Positions 1-9,957 of a DNA stretch of 64,000 bases are shown one piece after another. The position numbers and the translations under genes are program-made. Each line of letters begins with the position of its first letter. Within the stretch, counting starts at the first letter, position 1. Below the pieces are notes generated by a model that was given only the letters and a program-made list of their open reading frames with translations, was not told where the DNA came from and searched no databases. Source of the stretch: Acidobacteriota bacterium (GTDB lineage: Bacteria; Acidobacteriota; UBA890; WLXD01); NCBI GenBank assembly GCA_963666055.2, contig CAXWPH010000006.1, positions 256,001-320,000 of the forward strand, written 5' to 3'.

Positions 1-2
1 GC

Positions 3-821
3 CATGCTTTCCGCCGAGGACTGCCTCCGTTCGTGCACGTGGTCGATCGTCCGGACTTCGAGCTCGAGCTCGCCGATAACGTCGTGCTCTATGCGGTGCC
101 TTGCACCTCTCACGCCGGGCAGAACGACCCGGCGTTGCAGCTTCCAGCCCGTGCGCCCGGCGACGAGCGCATCCGCATCGGCCTCGTTCACGGCCAGACC
201 TTCGACATTGAGGGGCACCAGACGAATTTCCCCATCGCGCGTGACGCTGCGCAGCAACGCGGTCTCGATTACCTCGCCATCGGTGACACGCACGGCTTCC
301 GCGACGTCCAACCCGATGCGCCGGTTCCCACTGTGTATCCGGGCGCGCCCGAGCCGGCCACGTTCGGGGAAACCGACGCCGGCCACGTTGCCCTGACCTT
401 CTTCCCGCGCGATCGGCGCCGCCGGGCCATCGTCGAATCGCACCGGGTCGGCACGTGGCAGTGGAGCGAGCAGACCTGCAGCTCGATCGAGGAGCTGAGG
501 GCGCTGAAGTCCGATGATTCTCTGCGCAAGTGCGTGCTGAAGTTGCAGATCGAGATGCGCCTGCCTATCACTGAGTACGACGAAGCCGGGGCGATCCTTA
601 GCGAGCTGCAGGGCTCCCTCGCTGCGCATCCCCGTGTGGGCGTCCTGCTCGCCGACCGCACCGGGCTGCGCCTGGAGCCACCCGGGCAGAAGGACTTCCC
701 CGACGACCTTCCCCCCGTCCTCAAGTCGACCATCGAGCGGCTGGTTGCCGCAGCCGACCAGGAACCTGAGCGCGCCGAGCGCGCCCTGCACCACCTCTTC
801 CAGCTCGTGAAGGGACGGTAG
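3..821 (+). CDS. SbcD/Mre11-like metallophosphoesterase (DNA repair exonuclease family), 5'-partial
   Basis: Frame is open from the window edge; motifs GLVHG, YLAIGDTH, YPGAPE; 3 bp upstream of an SMC-like ATPase. Confidence 0.85.
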   Translation, partial: HAFRRGLPPFVHVVDRPDFELELADNVVLYAVPCTSHAGQNDPALQLPARAPGDERIRIGLVHGQTFDIEGHQTNFPIARDAAQQRGLDYLAIGDTHGFRDVQPDAPVPTVYPGAPEPATFGETDAGHVALTFFPRDRRRRAIVESHRVGTWQWSEQTCSSIEELRALKSDDSLRKCVLKLQIEMRLPITEYDEAGAILSELQGSLAAHPRVGVLLADRTGLRLEPPGQKDFPDDLPPVLKSTIERLVAAADQEPERAERALHHLFQLVKGR

Positions 822-824
822 CCC

Positions 825-3800
825 GTGTGGTTGCGGCGTCTCGTGGTGCACTCGTTCGCCGGCATCAAGCACGCCGACATCAAGCTCGACCAGGGCCTGA
901 ACGTCCTGTACGGTCCCAACGAGCTGGGCAAGTCGACGCTGGTGCAGGCCATTCGCGCGGCGTTACTGTTGCCCGACAGCTCCGCCGCCCATCGCGACCT
1001 CATCGACTGGCACGACGACCAGCCGCCGCGAGTGGAGCTGACCGTCGAGACGGATCGCCAGCGCATCTATCGCATCAAGAAGAGCTTTGGCTCGGGCGCC
1101 GACGGCTCGAGCCTCCTGGAGTTCTCCAAGGACGGCGAGAGCTTCGTCCTGGAGGCAAAGGGCCGGGATGTTGACGGGCAGGTGCGCGAGCTGCTCGAGT
1201 GGGGAATCGCGCAACCGGGAGGCGGCGGCGGCAAGCATGGGTGGCCCGAAGCCTTCCTCACCACGGCCCTCATCGGCACCCAGGACGAAGTGGAAGCCGT
1301 GCTCGAACGCGGCCTCGACGGCGATGCCAACGAGTCGGGAAAGCAACGGCTCACCCGAGCACTACAGGCTATGGCCGAGAGTCCCGAGTTCCGGCGGGTC
1401 CTCGCTGCCGCTCAGGTGAAGGTCGATGAGGCGTATACGCCCAAGGGAAGGCGGAAGCGGAGCAAGGGCTCGCCCTGGACCGAGATCCAGAGCCGCCTGA
1501 AACTCGCTCGGGATGAGCAGGACGCCGCGCGCAGGCTGGTGAACGACAGTCTCTCCGCAGGTGCAGGAGTCGAGGAGATCGCGGAGACGCTCGCAGGAGC
1601 GAGTACCCAGCAGGCAGAGGCAGAGGCGGCGAGCCAGCTGCTGCAGGTGGCATGTCGGCAGAACGAGGCCCGCACCGCCGCGGCACGCTTCCTGGCCGAC
1701 GCGGAGAAGACCCGCGATCGGGTCCAGGCCTACTACACGGCTGTCGAGGAAACCGGGGCCGTGCTCAAGACCGCAGAGGCCGCTCTGCACGACGCCAATG
1801 CCGCGACGGCAGCAGCCCAGACCGCGCTCGACACCGCCGAAGAGCAAGTCACTGCCGCGTCCAAGCACCTGGTGAAGCTCGAGAGCGGCAGCGCCGAGCA
1901 AGAACGGAAGATCCAGCGGCAGGAGATCGAGAAGAAACTGCTCGCTTTCGACGCGGCCAGGAAGGACGGCGAGCGAGAACTCGAGCTTGCGAACCTGGCG
2001 GCTGTGGCGCACCGGAAGGCCGACGAGCTGGCGAGCGGGGTCGAGGCGAGCGAGAAGCGGCTGAACGACGCCGGCGATCTCCTGCAACGGGCCGAGACCC
2101 AGACTACTGGCGACCAGGTCGCCTTGGCCAAGCTTGAACAACTGGAGCTCGCCGATACTTTGGCAGCCGCCATCGCGGATCTGACCACGGCGCGCGCGGA
2201 CACCGAGGCCGTTGCCAAGCTTCGCCACGAGGCGGCGGCAAGGAGACAGGAGGCCCAGGTCATCCGATCGCGAATCGAGGCGCTGGCTGTCCCCGACGAG
2301 AAGGCCCTGAGCGAGCTGGGGCAGCAACTTCATTCGCTACAGATCGCCGAGGGTAAACTTCAGGTTGGCCTCTCCGTGCGCATTGCGCCTAAGAAACCTC
2401 TGGACATGTCCGTTGCCGCAGACTCGGCCAAGCCGATCGCGCACCATCTGGCAGACGAGAAGACATTCGAGGCCGAAGGACACCTCATAGTCGACCTGGC
2501 AGGAATCGCCGAGGTGGAGGTCACGGGTGGTAGCGCGGCCCTACGTCAGGAAGCGCAGGAGATGCGGCAGCGCTGGAACCACGAGGTCACGCTCATCCTT
2601 AGTGCTGCCAAGGTCGAGTCATTCGAACAGCTCCTGGACGCCTCCGAGCGAGCGACGAAAGAACTCGGGCAAGCCGCCGCCCTGGATGCCGAGGCTGACC
2701 AGGCAGAAGCCCGGGCGCGAGGAGCCGGCGATGCCGAGACTCGCCTCGCCGTAGCAGAGCGCTCCGAACGAGAAGCGCGCGTACAGCTCGACGCGCAGTT
2801 GACGGCTGGCGACTCCTTCGAGCGCCTGCTTGAGGAGGCGCTCGAGGCCGGCGACCCCGAAGCCGCCGAGAAGGAGAGACAGGCCCTAGAGCAGAACATC
2901 GCGAAGCGAAACGACCAGGCCGGTGCCCTCCGAACACAGGTAGCACGGGACGAGAGCACCCTCGAGTCCGCTAACCGCGAACTCGAAGCGCAACGTCGAG
3001 ACTGCAAAGCAGCCGATGCGAGACTAAGCGGTCCATTTCAGGACGTTCTCGCCCGCGCCCAGGGCACACTCGCCAAGATCACGTCGGACCGGACCTCGCA
3101 CGAGGCGGAGCTGAAGAAGCTTGGCACGAGCGCGAGCGCGACAATCGATGCAGCTCGCGAGAAGCAAGAGGTCGCCCAAACTCGGGCCGACCAGGCAAGG
3201 GAGCTCCTCGAGCAGAAGACCGACGCGGCATCGAAGGCTCAGTCGGCGGTCACAAGGTCCGCCGCACAACTCGACGAGCGCAAGACAAGAGCCGCCGACG
3301 AAGACCTGCCAGCCGCAGAGCGCCTCGTAGAAGAGCTACGCAAGGCGCTGAAGAAGCTGCCTCGACCGACGGTAGATGTCGACGACGAGCAACTCGCGGC
3401 CGCACACGAGCTAGTGAAGCGAACCACCAACGCCGTCCGCGATCTCGAGAGCGAGCGGAGCAAACGCGAGGGCGCCCTGGAGACGGTGGGCGGCCAGTAC
3501 ATCCAGGACCGACTCGACCGAGCGGAAGAAGCCGTCGAGTCGATCAGCGATCTCGAACACCTGACCGAAATCGAGTACTCCTCATGGCAGCTCCTCCTTG
3601 AAACGCTGAGGATCGCCGAGAGCGAAGACGCTGTTCACCTCGGGGATGCGGTGGTGAGGCCCATCGAGGAACGAGTCGCCGCTCTCACCCAGGGGCGCTA
3701 CGACACCGTCTCCGTAGGCCCTCATCTCGACGACATCAGCCTCACCCTGGCTGGAGCAGCGCGCGACCAGACCTCGCTGTCCATCGGCACCCGCGACCAG

Positions 3801-4064
3801 CTCGCCACTCTACTCCGCCTCACCATCGCCGAGACGCTCGAGACCGCCGTAATCCTCGACGACCAACTGGTGCACAGCGACATCGGCCGCATGAACCGTC
3901 TCGCAGAGTTGATCTACCGCTGCGCAGACAAGTCACAGATTCTCGTGTTCACGTGCCGGCGGGAAGAATACGAGGTCGAGAACTACACCGCCAAAGCGAA
4001 CTGGGTAGACCTTAGGAGAGTGGTTGAACGCAGCGGGGCTGACGAGATAGCAGGAGAAGTGTAG
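825..4064 (+). CDS. SMC/Rad50-like (YhaN-type) coiled-coil ATPase
   Basis: Walker A GPNELGKST, long coiled coil, signature LSIGTRDQ, Walker B VILDDQLVHSD. Confidence 0.85.
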   Translation: MWLRRLVVHSFAGIKHADIKLDQGLNVLYGPNELGKSTLVQAIRAALLLPDSSAAHRDLIDWHDDQPPRVELTVETDRQRIYRIKKSFGSGADGSSLLEFSKDGESFVLEAKGRDVDGQVRELLEWGIAQPGGGGGKHGWPEAFLTTALIGTQDEVEAVLERGLDGDANESGKQRLTRALQAMAESPEFRRVLAAAQVKVDEAYTPKGRRKRSKGSPWTEIQSRLKLARDEQDAARRLVNDSLSAGAGVEEIAETLAGASTQQAEAEAASQLLQVACRQNEARTAAARFLADAEKTRDRVQAYYTAVEETGAVLKTAEAALHDANAATAAAQTALDTAEEQVTAASKHLVKLESGSAEQERKIQRQEIEKKLLAFDAARKDGERELELANLAAVAHRKADELASGVEASEKRLNDAGDLLQRAETQTTGDQVALAKLEQLELADTLAAAIADLTTARADTEAVAKLRHEAAARRQEAQVIRSRIEALAVPDEKALSELGQQLHSLQIAEGKLQVGLSVRIAPKKPLDMSVAADSAKPIAHHLADEKTFEAEGHLIVDLAGIAEVEVTGGSAALRQEAQEMRQRWNHEVTLILSAAKVESFEQLLDASERATKELGQAAALDAEADQAEARARGAGDAETRLAVAERSEREARVQLDAQLTAGDSFERLLEEALEAGDPEAAEKERQALEQNIAKRNDQAGALRTQVARDESTLESANRELEAQRRDCKAADARLSGPFQDVLARAQGTLAKITSDRTSHEAELKKLGTSASATIDAAREKQEVAQTRADQARELLEQKTDAASKAQSAVTRSAAQLDERKTRAADEDLPAAERLVEELRKALKKLPRPTVDVDDEQLAAAHELVKRTTNAVRDLESERSKREGALETVGGQYIQDRLDRAEEAVESISDLEHLTEIEYSSWQLLLETLRIAESEDAVHLGDAVVRPIEERVAALTQGRYDTVSVGPHLDDISLTLAGAARDQTSLSIGTRDQLATLLRLTIAETLETAVILDDQLVHSDIGRMNRLAELIYRCADKSQILVFTCRREEYEVENYTAKANWVDLRRVVERSGADEIAGEV

Positions 4065-4313
4065 CTGTGAGGCCTCTGAGGAAGCCGATCACAACGTCAG
4101 GCCCCCCGTCACGGCACGACTTTCGAATCTGTGGGTCCGGTGATTCCGATGGCGTGCGATTCACTGCCATGGAGAGTTGGTCGACGGGCCGCGTCACTAG
4201 TGGTGGTGATCGGCCACGAAGCAGAACTGGACCGGGGCCGCCGTCTTGTCCGCCGATCGCGATCGAGGGAGGGAATTCGGGATGAGGATTCGGCGGGCGC
4301 CTGCGAGGCTTCT

Positions 4314-6431
4314 ATGGGCGTAGCGATAACGCTGGTCTTCCTAGCGATCGTGATCGCTTTGGCCTTTCGGAACTCAGGCCGTGCCGCGCGTACCGCCCCC
4401 ACCGCTAGCACGCGGCGATCACCCCCCAAACGATCGAGGCCCCAGCAGGGAGGCTCTGCCCGCAACGCTTGGCTGTCCGGCGACCTGCAGCAGATGATTG
4501 GGGCGCTGGCCGCTAAAGCGAAGTTGGTGGATCGCCACTTCCTGCTGATGACGATCGTCCAGCAGACGTATCGTCAGCGCGCCGACCCGACGATGGCAGA
4601 CAAGTGCGCGGAAGTCGCCCAGCTTCACCTGGATGAGTTTGATCAGATCAAACCCGCGCTCAAACGTGACATGGGGTTCCTGCCGCATGTTCCGACGTTT
4701 CAGCACTATGCGACGCTCCTCACAGAGCGTGGTGACTTCGAACGTGCGATGAATGTGTGTGAGGCAGCGATTGGGCATGGGCTCGACGATGGCACAAAGG
4801 GCGGCTACAGAGGCCGCATCGAGCGCATTAAGAAGATGCGCGCCAAAGCGAAGCTTGCTAGTGGCGCCGCTGCTGAGACATCTGGCACGCCGACCACGCG
4901 CGCAAAGCAGGTGGTTCCCTCAACCGACTTGCCGCAGATCGTTGAAACGTTGGCGACATCGCATCAGAAACGAACGCGGGTCCAAACCGCACGCGTACTC
5001 GATCTGGAAGGTGTGCCGTTTGTCGGGCTGCCACGGGCCCCAGCTCGGTGGGAGGAGCGCGATACAGCCAAGGCTCAGAGGGAAGACGATGGTGCCGAGG
5101 ACTTCTTCGAGCTCCTGGGCCAGCCTGGCTGGGAGCTCTTGGAGCCCGAGAAGTTGCCCATGACCGAGCGACCGGACCCCGCATACCGGCGTCATTTCTC
5201 GGCTCGATCGGGCACATTCCTGGTGGATGACCTGGGCCGCGCGAAGGCACATTCGGGCGCGCCGTGTTCGGTGATGAGCTTCGGGGCTCAGGGCGAACCC
5301 TTGGCCGAACGAGCCCTAGCATGGGACCTCTATCGTTTGCAGGTGAATCCTTTAGGCGCTGGGCTCGCCGGAATCTCCAGGAACCACGTCCTGCACTGTT
5401 ACGACGAGCGGCTGACGACGCTCGCGGCAGTACCTCTCGCAGAGACACCTGAAGTTCGTGCGGCGAAGTCACGCCTGGAGATCCCGGACCTAGAACTCCA
5501 TAGGCATATTCGCACGGGCGCGCTTCGGCCAGATGGGAAGGCGTACTTGTTCTCGGTTGTGGACGAGGCGTTCGCGGTGGGCATAGAAGGCGATCCGTTA
5601 TTCGGCGTGCGGATGCCTCACCAGGATGGCTGGGAGCAAGTCGGGTCGATCACTTCGCGCTCTGGTTCGAGCACCGAACTCGATCAGGCGATGAGCGCGC
5701 TCGGGCTGGCCTATCCGTTTGACTCCCAAGACGTCAAAGGGCGATATCGCCAGCTGGTCAAGGAATGGCACCCCGACAAGAATCCGGGCAGAGAGCAGGA
5801 GGCGGCGTCAGAGTTCCGGAAAGTCGTGTCAGCTGCGGAACTCCTGTCTGGTCTCGACATGTCCGAATTCGCTGCCCCCGAAGAACGAGCCGTGTACCGC
5901 AAGACGCTTGGTGAACGAGGAGAAATCAGCGCTGCAGGCGCCTCGATATCGTTCGAAATGTCGATCACCGGCGACGCGCGATCGGCAGCCGATTGGATCT
6001 ACGCCGCTTCCTTCAGCGCCTCGGGTGGAGCATTTGTGGCCGGGTACTCCGGGAAGATCGTCGAACTGGATCAGACGGGACAGCCCACGCGCCTTTTTGC
6101 TACCTCGAGTGTGCCGCGAAGAATCGCCGACACCGGAGACTATCTCTACTTCCTCACTGATACTCGCCTCTATGTGATTCGCGGCACGCGCCTGTGCCGT
6201 GTAGTTGACGTGTTTGACAACGGCGAACTCGTGGTGGGCGAAACAGGTTTCGGCCTCCTGGGTAAGAAGGCGTTCCGCTGGTACTCAGAGGACGGACGTT
6301 TCGCGGGCGGAATCCGAACGAAACACCCGCTGCGCCGGATCTATCCGACTGCACAAGGCTGGCGAGCCGAGACGCGACAGCACCGAGCAGAATTGCGGAA
6401 CGTGCCGGCGTGGCGGGAACAAACGGCGTGA
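4314..6431 (+). CDS. Membrane-anchored protein with TPR-like region, beta-rich region and internal DnaJ (J) domain
   Basis: N-terminal TM helix MGVAITLVFLAIVIALAF; TPR-like FQHYATLLTERGDFERAMNVCEAAI; J-domain DVKGRYRQLVKEWHPDKNPG...AASEFRKV; start chosen at the TM Met. Confidence 0.75.
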   Translation: MGVAITLVFLAIVIALAFRNSGRAARTAPTASTRRSPPKRSRPQQGGSARNAWLSGDLQQMIGALAAKAKLVDRHFLLMTIVQQTYRQRADPTMADKCAEVAQLHLDEFDQIKPALKRDMGFLPHVPTFQHYATLLTERGDFERAMNVCEAAIGHGLDDGTKGGYRGRIERIKKMRAKAKLASGAAAETSGTPTTRAKQVVPSTDLPQIVETLATSHQKRTRVQTARVLDLEGVPFVGLPRAPARWEERDTAKAQREDDGAEDFFELLGQPGWELLEPEKLPMTERPDPAYRRHFSARSGTFLVDDLGRAKAHSGAPCSVMSFGAQGEPLAERALAWDLYRLQVNPLGAGLAGISRNHVLHCYDERLTTLAAVPLAETPEVRAAKSRLEIPDLELHRHIRTGALRPDGKAYLFSVVDEAFAVGIEGDPLFGVRMPHQDGWEQVGSITSRSGSSTELDQAMSALGLAYPFDSQDVKGRYRQLVKEWHPDKNPGREQEAASEFRKVVSAAELLSGLDMSEFAAPEERAVYRKTLGERGEISAAGASISFEMSITGDARSAADWIYAASFSASGGAFVAGYSGKIVELDQTGQPTRLFATSSVPRRIADTGDYLYFLTDTRLYVIRGTRLCRVVDVFDNGELVVGETGFGLLGKKAFRWYSEDGRFAGGIRTKHPLRRIYPTAQGWRAETRQHRAELRNVPAWREQTA

Positions 6432-6465
6432 CGCGATGGAGCCGCCGACTTGGTAGTGGATCCAC

Positions 6466-6560
6466 ATGAGGCTTCGTGATGGCCTGGTAAGGCTCTCCGC
6501 AAGCGATCTCGCCAACCATCTCGGATGCCAATACCTAACTTGGCTCAACCTGCTCGTCGC
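6466..6560 (+). pseudogene. N-terminal stub of a TM0106/RecB-like nuclease-helicase
   Basis: MRLRDGLVRLSASDLANHLGCQYLTWLNL resembles the typical N-terminus of this family; similarity ends just before the repeated promoter at 6624. Confidence 0.55.
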
Positions 6561-6623
6561 GCCGCCAGCTTTAGATCGCCGTCGGGGCGGACCCACGACC
6601 ACCGCGCCAGGTGAATCAATCTT

Positions 6624-6669
6624 CCGTGGACCCCCGCGTGCCCCAGCGATAGGCTTCAGGCGCTCACCC
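6624..6669 (+). promoter_or_regulatory. Kinase-type promoter module, copy 1 (upstream of amine oxidase)
   Basis: TGGACC(6627)-17 bp-TAGGCT(6650)-TCAGGCGCTCACCC. Confidence 0.7.
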
Positions 6670-6709
6670 GGGTCACTAGACGAGTGACTCCATTTCCGAG
6701 AGGCCACCG

Positions 6710-8704
6710 ATGAGTATCCGAACTATTGCTGCGGGATTCTTTGTGCTCGCCCTGATCGTGTACCTGGTGCTCATCTTCTTGCGTTCTTCTTCGCCGGCGA
6801 TAGCTGCGCAGTCGAGCGCTCATCCGCTGGATCCTCTTTCCCCAGAAGAGCTATCTACGGCCGTCGAGCTGCTCGCTGCGGCCGGTCACGTCGACGAAGA
6901 AACGCGCTACCCGATCATCAACTTGCAGGAGCCCCCGAAGTCAGAGGTGTTGAGCTGGGAACAGGGTGATCCAATTCGGCGCACGGCGTTCGCCGTGGTC
7001 AAGCAAGGTCCTCGGGTGTTCGAAGCGGTCGTCGATCTGACCGGGCGGGAGGTGACGAGCTGGATGGAAGTCGAGGGAGTCCAGCCGAACTTGATGGAGA
7101 GCGAGTTTCTCGGCGGCGGCGAGGTAATCAAATCCCATCCCGAGTTCCAGGAGGCGATGCGTCGCCGGGGAATCACCGACTTCGGTTCGGTGTTCTGTGT
7201 AGCGGTTTCGCCAGGTTATTACGGCCTCGCCGAGGAAGAGGGCCGCCGTGTCGCCAAGACGTTGTGCTACGACATGAGCGACGCTAGGAATTTCTGGGGA
7301 CGCCCGATCGAGGGAGTCACAGCAGTAGTCGACCTCGATACCTTCGAGGTGATCAAGCTGATCGACACGGGACCCGTTCCTATTCCCACGGCGCCGGTGG
7401 ACATCGACGAAGCAGCGGTCGGCTCCGTTCGGGAGGTCCCCACGCCGATTTCGGTCGATCAACCCGACGGTCCCAGCTTCGACATCAGCGGCCAGCAAGT
7501 GGCCTGGCAGAAGTGGAAGTTCCACTTTCGGATCGATCCGCGCGTCGGCCTTGTCGTCTCCCGAGTGCGTTATACCGACGGTGATCGCGAGCGCTCGATT
7601 CTCTATCAAGGCGCTCTCTCCGAGCTGGTCGTTCCTTATATGGACCCGGACATCGGCTGGTACTTCCGCACCTACATGGATGCCGGGGAGTTCCTGGTCG
7701 GCATCAACGCGGTTCCGTTGGTGCCAGGTTTGGACTGTCCCGACAATGCCGTTTACTTCGGCGCTGCGATAGCCGACGAACGCGGCAATCCTGTGGCTAA
7801 GGAGAGAGCCTCCTGCCTGTTCGAGCGCTACGCCGGGGACGTTGCCTGGCGTCACTGGGACATGGTGTCCGGTGAGACGGAAGTGCGCCGTAAGCGCGAT
7901 CTGGTTCTTCGGTCGGTCTCGACCATCGGCAACTACGACTACACCTTCGACTGGACCTTTCAGCAGGACGGAACCATCCGGGTGGCGGTGGGATCAAGCG
8001 GCATGGAGCAGGTCAAGGCGGTCGAAGGCCGCACGGCAAACGACAGCGACCGGAATGGAGCGACCAGGTACGGGCGCTTCGTGGACGAGCACATCGTGGC
8101 GATCAACCACGATCACTTCTTCAACTTCAGGCTCGACCTGGACGTCGATGGCACTGCCAACAGCTTCCTCCGCGAGGATCTCGTCACCGAAGCCATTGGG
8201 GACGAAAGCCCGCGCAAGAGCATCTGGGTCATCGATCCCGAGATCGCCCGGAGCGAGAACCAGGCCAAGTTGCAGATCAGCCTGGAGCGACCCGCACTGT
8301 GGCGCGTCATCAATCCCGACGTCCGGGGTCCTGTCGGCTATCCGCGAAGCTACGAGATCAAGCCCGGCGCAAACGCCGTTTCCTTGCTCCTGCGGGACGA
8401 CTTCCCACAGCGCCGGGCCGGGTTCACCGACCATCACCTCTGGGTCACGCCCTACCACGCCGAGGAGCGCTACGCTGCCGGTGACTACCCGGGTCAGAGC
8501 AAAGGCGGCGCCGGTTTACCAACGTGGACGAGCGGCGATCGGGCCATCGAACGAACCGACATCGTGGTCTGGTACACGCTGGGCTTTCATCACGTGGTGC
8601 GTGCCGAAGACTGGCCGGTGCTGCCGACTGCTTGGAAGTCCTTCGAGCTGCGACCGTTCGATTTCTTCGACAGAAACCCGGCGCTGGATCTTCCGGAGCG
8701 CTGA
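6710..8704 (+). CDS. tynA: Copper/TPQ primary amine oxidase, exported
   Basis: Signal/TM N-terminus, HPLDPLS, TPQ motif TIGNYDY, Cu ligands NHDH and FHH, EDWPVLP. Confidence 0.93.
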   Translation: MSIRTIAAGFFVLALIVYLVLIFLRSSSPAIAAQSSAHPLDPLSPEELSTAVELLAAAGHVDEETRYPIINLQEPPKSEVLSWEQGDPIRRTAFAVVKQGPRVFEAVVDLTGREVTSWMEVEGVQPNLMESEFLGGGEVIKSHPEFQEAMRRRGITDFGSVFCVAVSPGYYGLAEEEGRRVAKTLCYDMSDARNFWGRPIEGVTAVVDLDTFEVIKLIDTGPVPIPTAPVDIDEAAVGSVREVPTPISVDQPDGPSFDISGQQVAWQKWKFHFRIDPRVGLVVSRVRYTDGDRERSILYQGALSELVVPYMDPDIGWYFRTYMDAGEFLVGINAVPLVPGLDCPDNAVYFGAAIADERGNPVAKERASCLFERYAGDVAWRHWDMVSGETEVRRKRDLVLRSVSTIGNYDYTFDWTFQQDGTIRVAVGSSGMEQVKAVEGRTANDSDRNGATRYGRFVDEHIVAINHDHFFNFRLDLDVDGTANSFLREDLVTEAIGDESPRKSIWVIDPEIARSENQAKLQISLERPALWRVINPDVRGPVGYPRSYEIKPGANAVSLLLRDDFPQRRAGFTDHHLWVTPYHAEERYAAGDYPGQSKGGAGLPTWTSGDRAIERTDIVVWYTLGFHHVVRAEDWPVLPTAWKSFELRPFDFFDRNPALDLPER

Positions 8705-8753
8705 GGCCCCGGCGGGTAGGAGGCAGGTCGTCTAGATCGGGCCTACCACCGAC

Positions 8754-8799
8754 CCCGTGGACCCTCGCCCGCCTCAGCGATAGGCTTCAGGCGCTCACC
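8754..8799 (+). promoter_or_regulatory. Kinase-type promoter module, copy 2 (upstream of nuclease)
   Basis: TGGACC(8758)-17 bp-TAGGCT(8781)-TCAGGCGCTCACC. Confidence 0.7.
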
Positions 8800-8898
8800 T
8801 AGCCCTCTGTGTTAGCGGATGGATGCGTATCTGGGTGATCTAGCTCGGGAGCGGTTTCTCGGGCACAAGAAGAATTGAAGTATCACAACGAGTGACGC

Positions 8899-9948
8899 AT
8901 GCCGCTTATCCGCGTTGGCGCAGCTGGGGCCGAGTTTCTAGAAGCAGAGCAATATAAGAGCGAGACAGAGCTTGAGAATGTTCTCGCCGATCATGTGGAC
9001 CTGCTGCGGGAGGGCGACGACCCGAATCTCGCGATGGTTACACGTCAGTTGACACTACCGGGTTCTGGTATTGCCGACCTGGTGCTCGTGGACGCCGCAG
9101 GTGTTCCGATAGTTGTCGAGGTCAAGCTCGGGCGGAACCCACAATCTCGGCGCGAGGTCATCGCTCAGGTCTTCGACTATGCCTCAGCCCTGACCGATTG
9201 GACCGTCGACGAGCTGGATGAGCAGACAGACGGCATGACCGAGGCCGCGCTCCGCTCGCTGCTCGACGAAGACGAAAGTACCTTCAGGGCTAGATGGAGG
9301 GCTGTAGGCACAAATCTGCGTGCCGGGATGGTCCGCGTCATCGTGGCCGTGGATGAACAGACCGAAGAGCTTTCTCGGGTCGTTTCCTTCATCAACGAAC
9401 ATAGCGACTTGGATGTGAGGCTCGTTGTGGTCGAGAAGTATAGGGATCCGAACGGCGACGCCGTCTTCTCGTCGACTACGCCGATTCTGAGCGATGATCA
9501 GATCGCATCCGCTCGGTCCGGCAGTTCTGCTCGCCGACTAGCTGCACGCGAGGGGTTCCAGGCAGTTCTCGATGCATATGATGCGCTTGAGTACCGGCCA
9601 CTGGAGCTTTCCGGACGGGCCCGAAACTACCGCCCGCTCAGGCACCCTGATTGGCCGAAGGCGGTGCACTACGAGTTCCTAGACGCCCGTGGCAATACAA
9701 ACCCGGAGATCCACCTAGAGAGCGACAAGGTCGCAGTCATTGCGCCCGTCTTGAAGACGCTGAGTAACGAGTTACAGGCACAGTTTCCGAACGCGACGTG
9801 CGAGTTCAGTCCCAAGTGGAGTCGGGGCAGAGGACGCCTCCGAATCATCCACGATCAGGAAGCTACGGCTGATCTGATTGCCGAGAACATGGTTCGCCTC
9901 ATCGAGGCAACGAGGGATCGAATCGGCGAAGCGCTACTCGCTCTATAG
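8899..9948 (+). CDS. PD-(D/E)XK nuclease-domain protein (NucS/restriction-like)
   Basis: SETELE...ADLVLVDAAGVPIVVEVK...REVIAQVFDYA pattern. Confidence 0.7.
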   Translation: MPLIRVGAAGAEFLEAEQYKSETELENVLADHVDLLREGDDPNLAMVTRQLTLPGSGIADLVLVDAAGVPIVVEVKLGRNPQSRREVIAQVFDYASALTDWTVDELDEQTDGMTEAALRSLLDEDESTFRARWRAVGTNLRAGMVRVIVAVDEQTEELSRVVSFINEHSDLDVRLVVVEKYRDPNGDAVFSSTTPILSDDQIASARSGSSARRLAAREGFQAVLDAYDALEYRPLELSGRARNYRPLRHPDWPKAVHYEFLDARGNTNPEIHLESDKVAVIAPVLKTLSNELQAQFPNATCEFSPKWSRGRGRLRIIHDQEATADLIAENMVRLIEATRDRIGEALLAL

Positions 9949-9957
9949 ATGGTCGAT

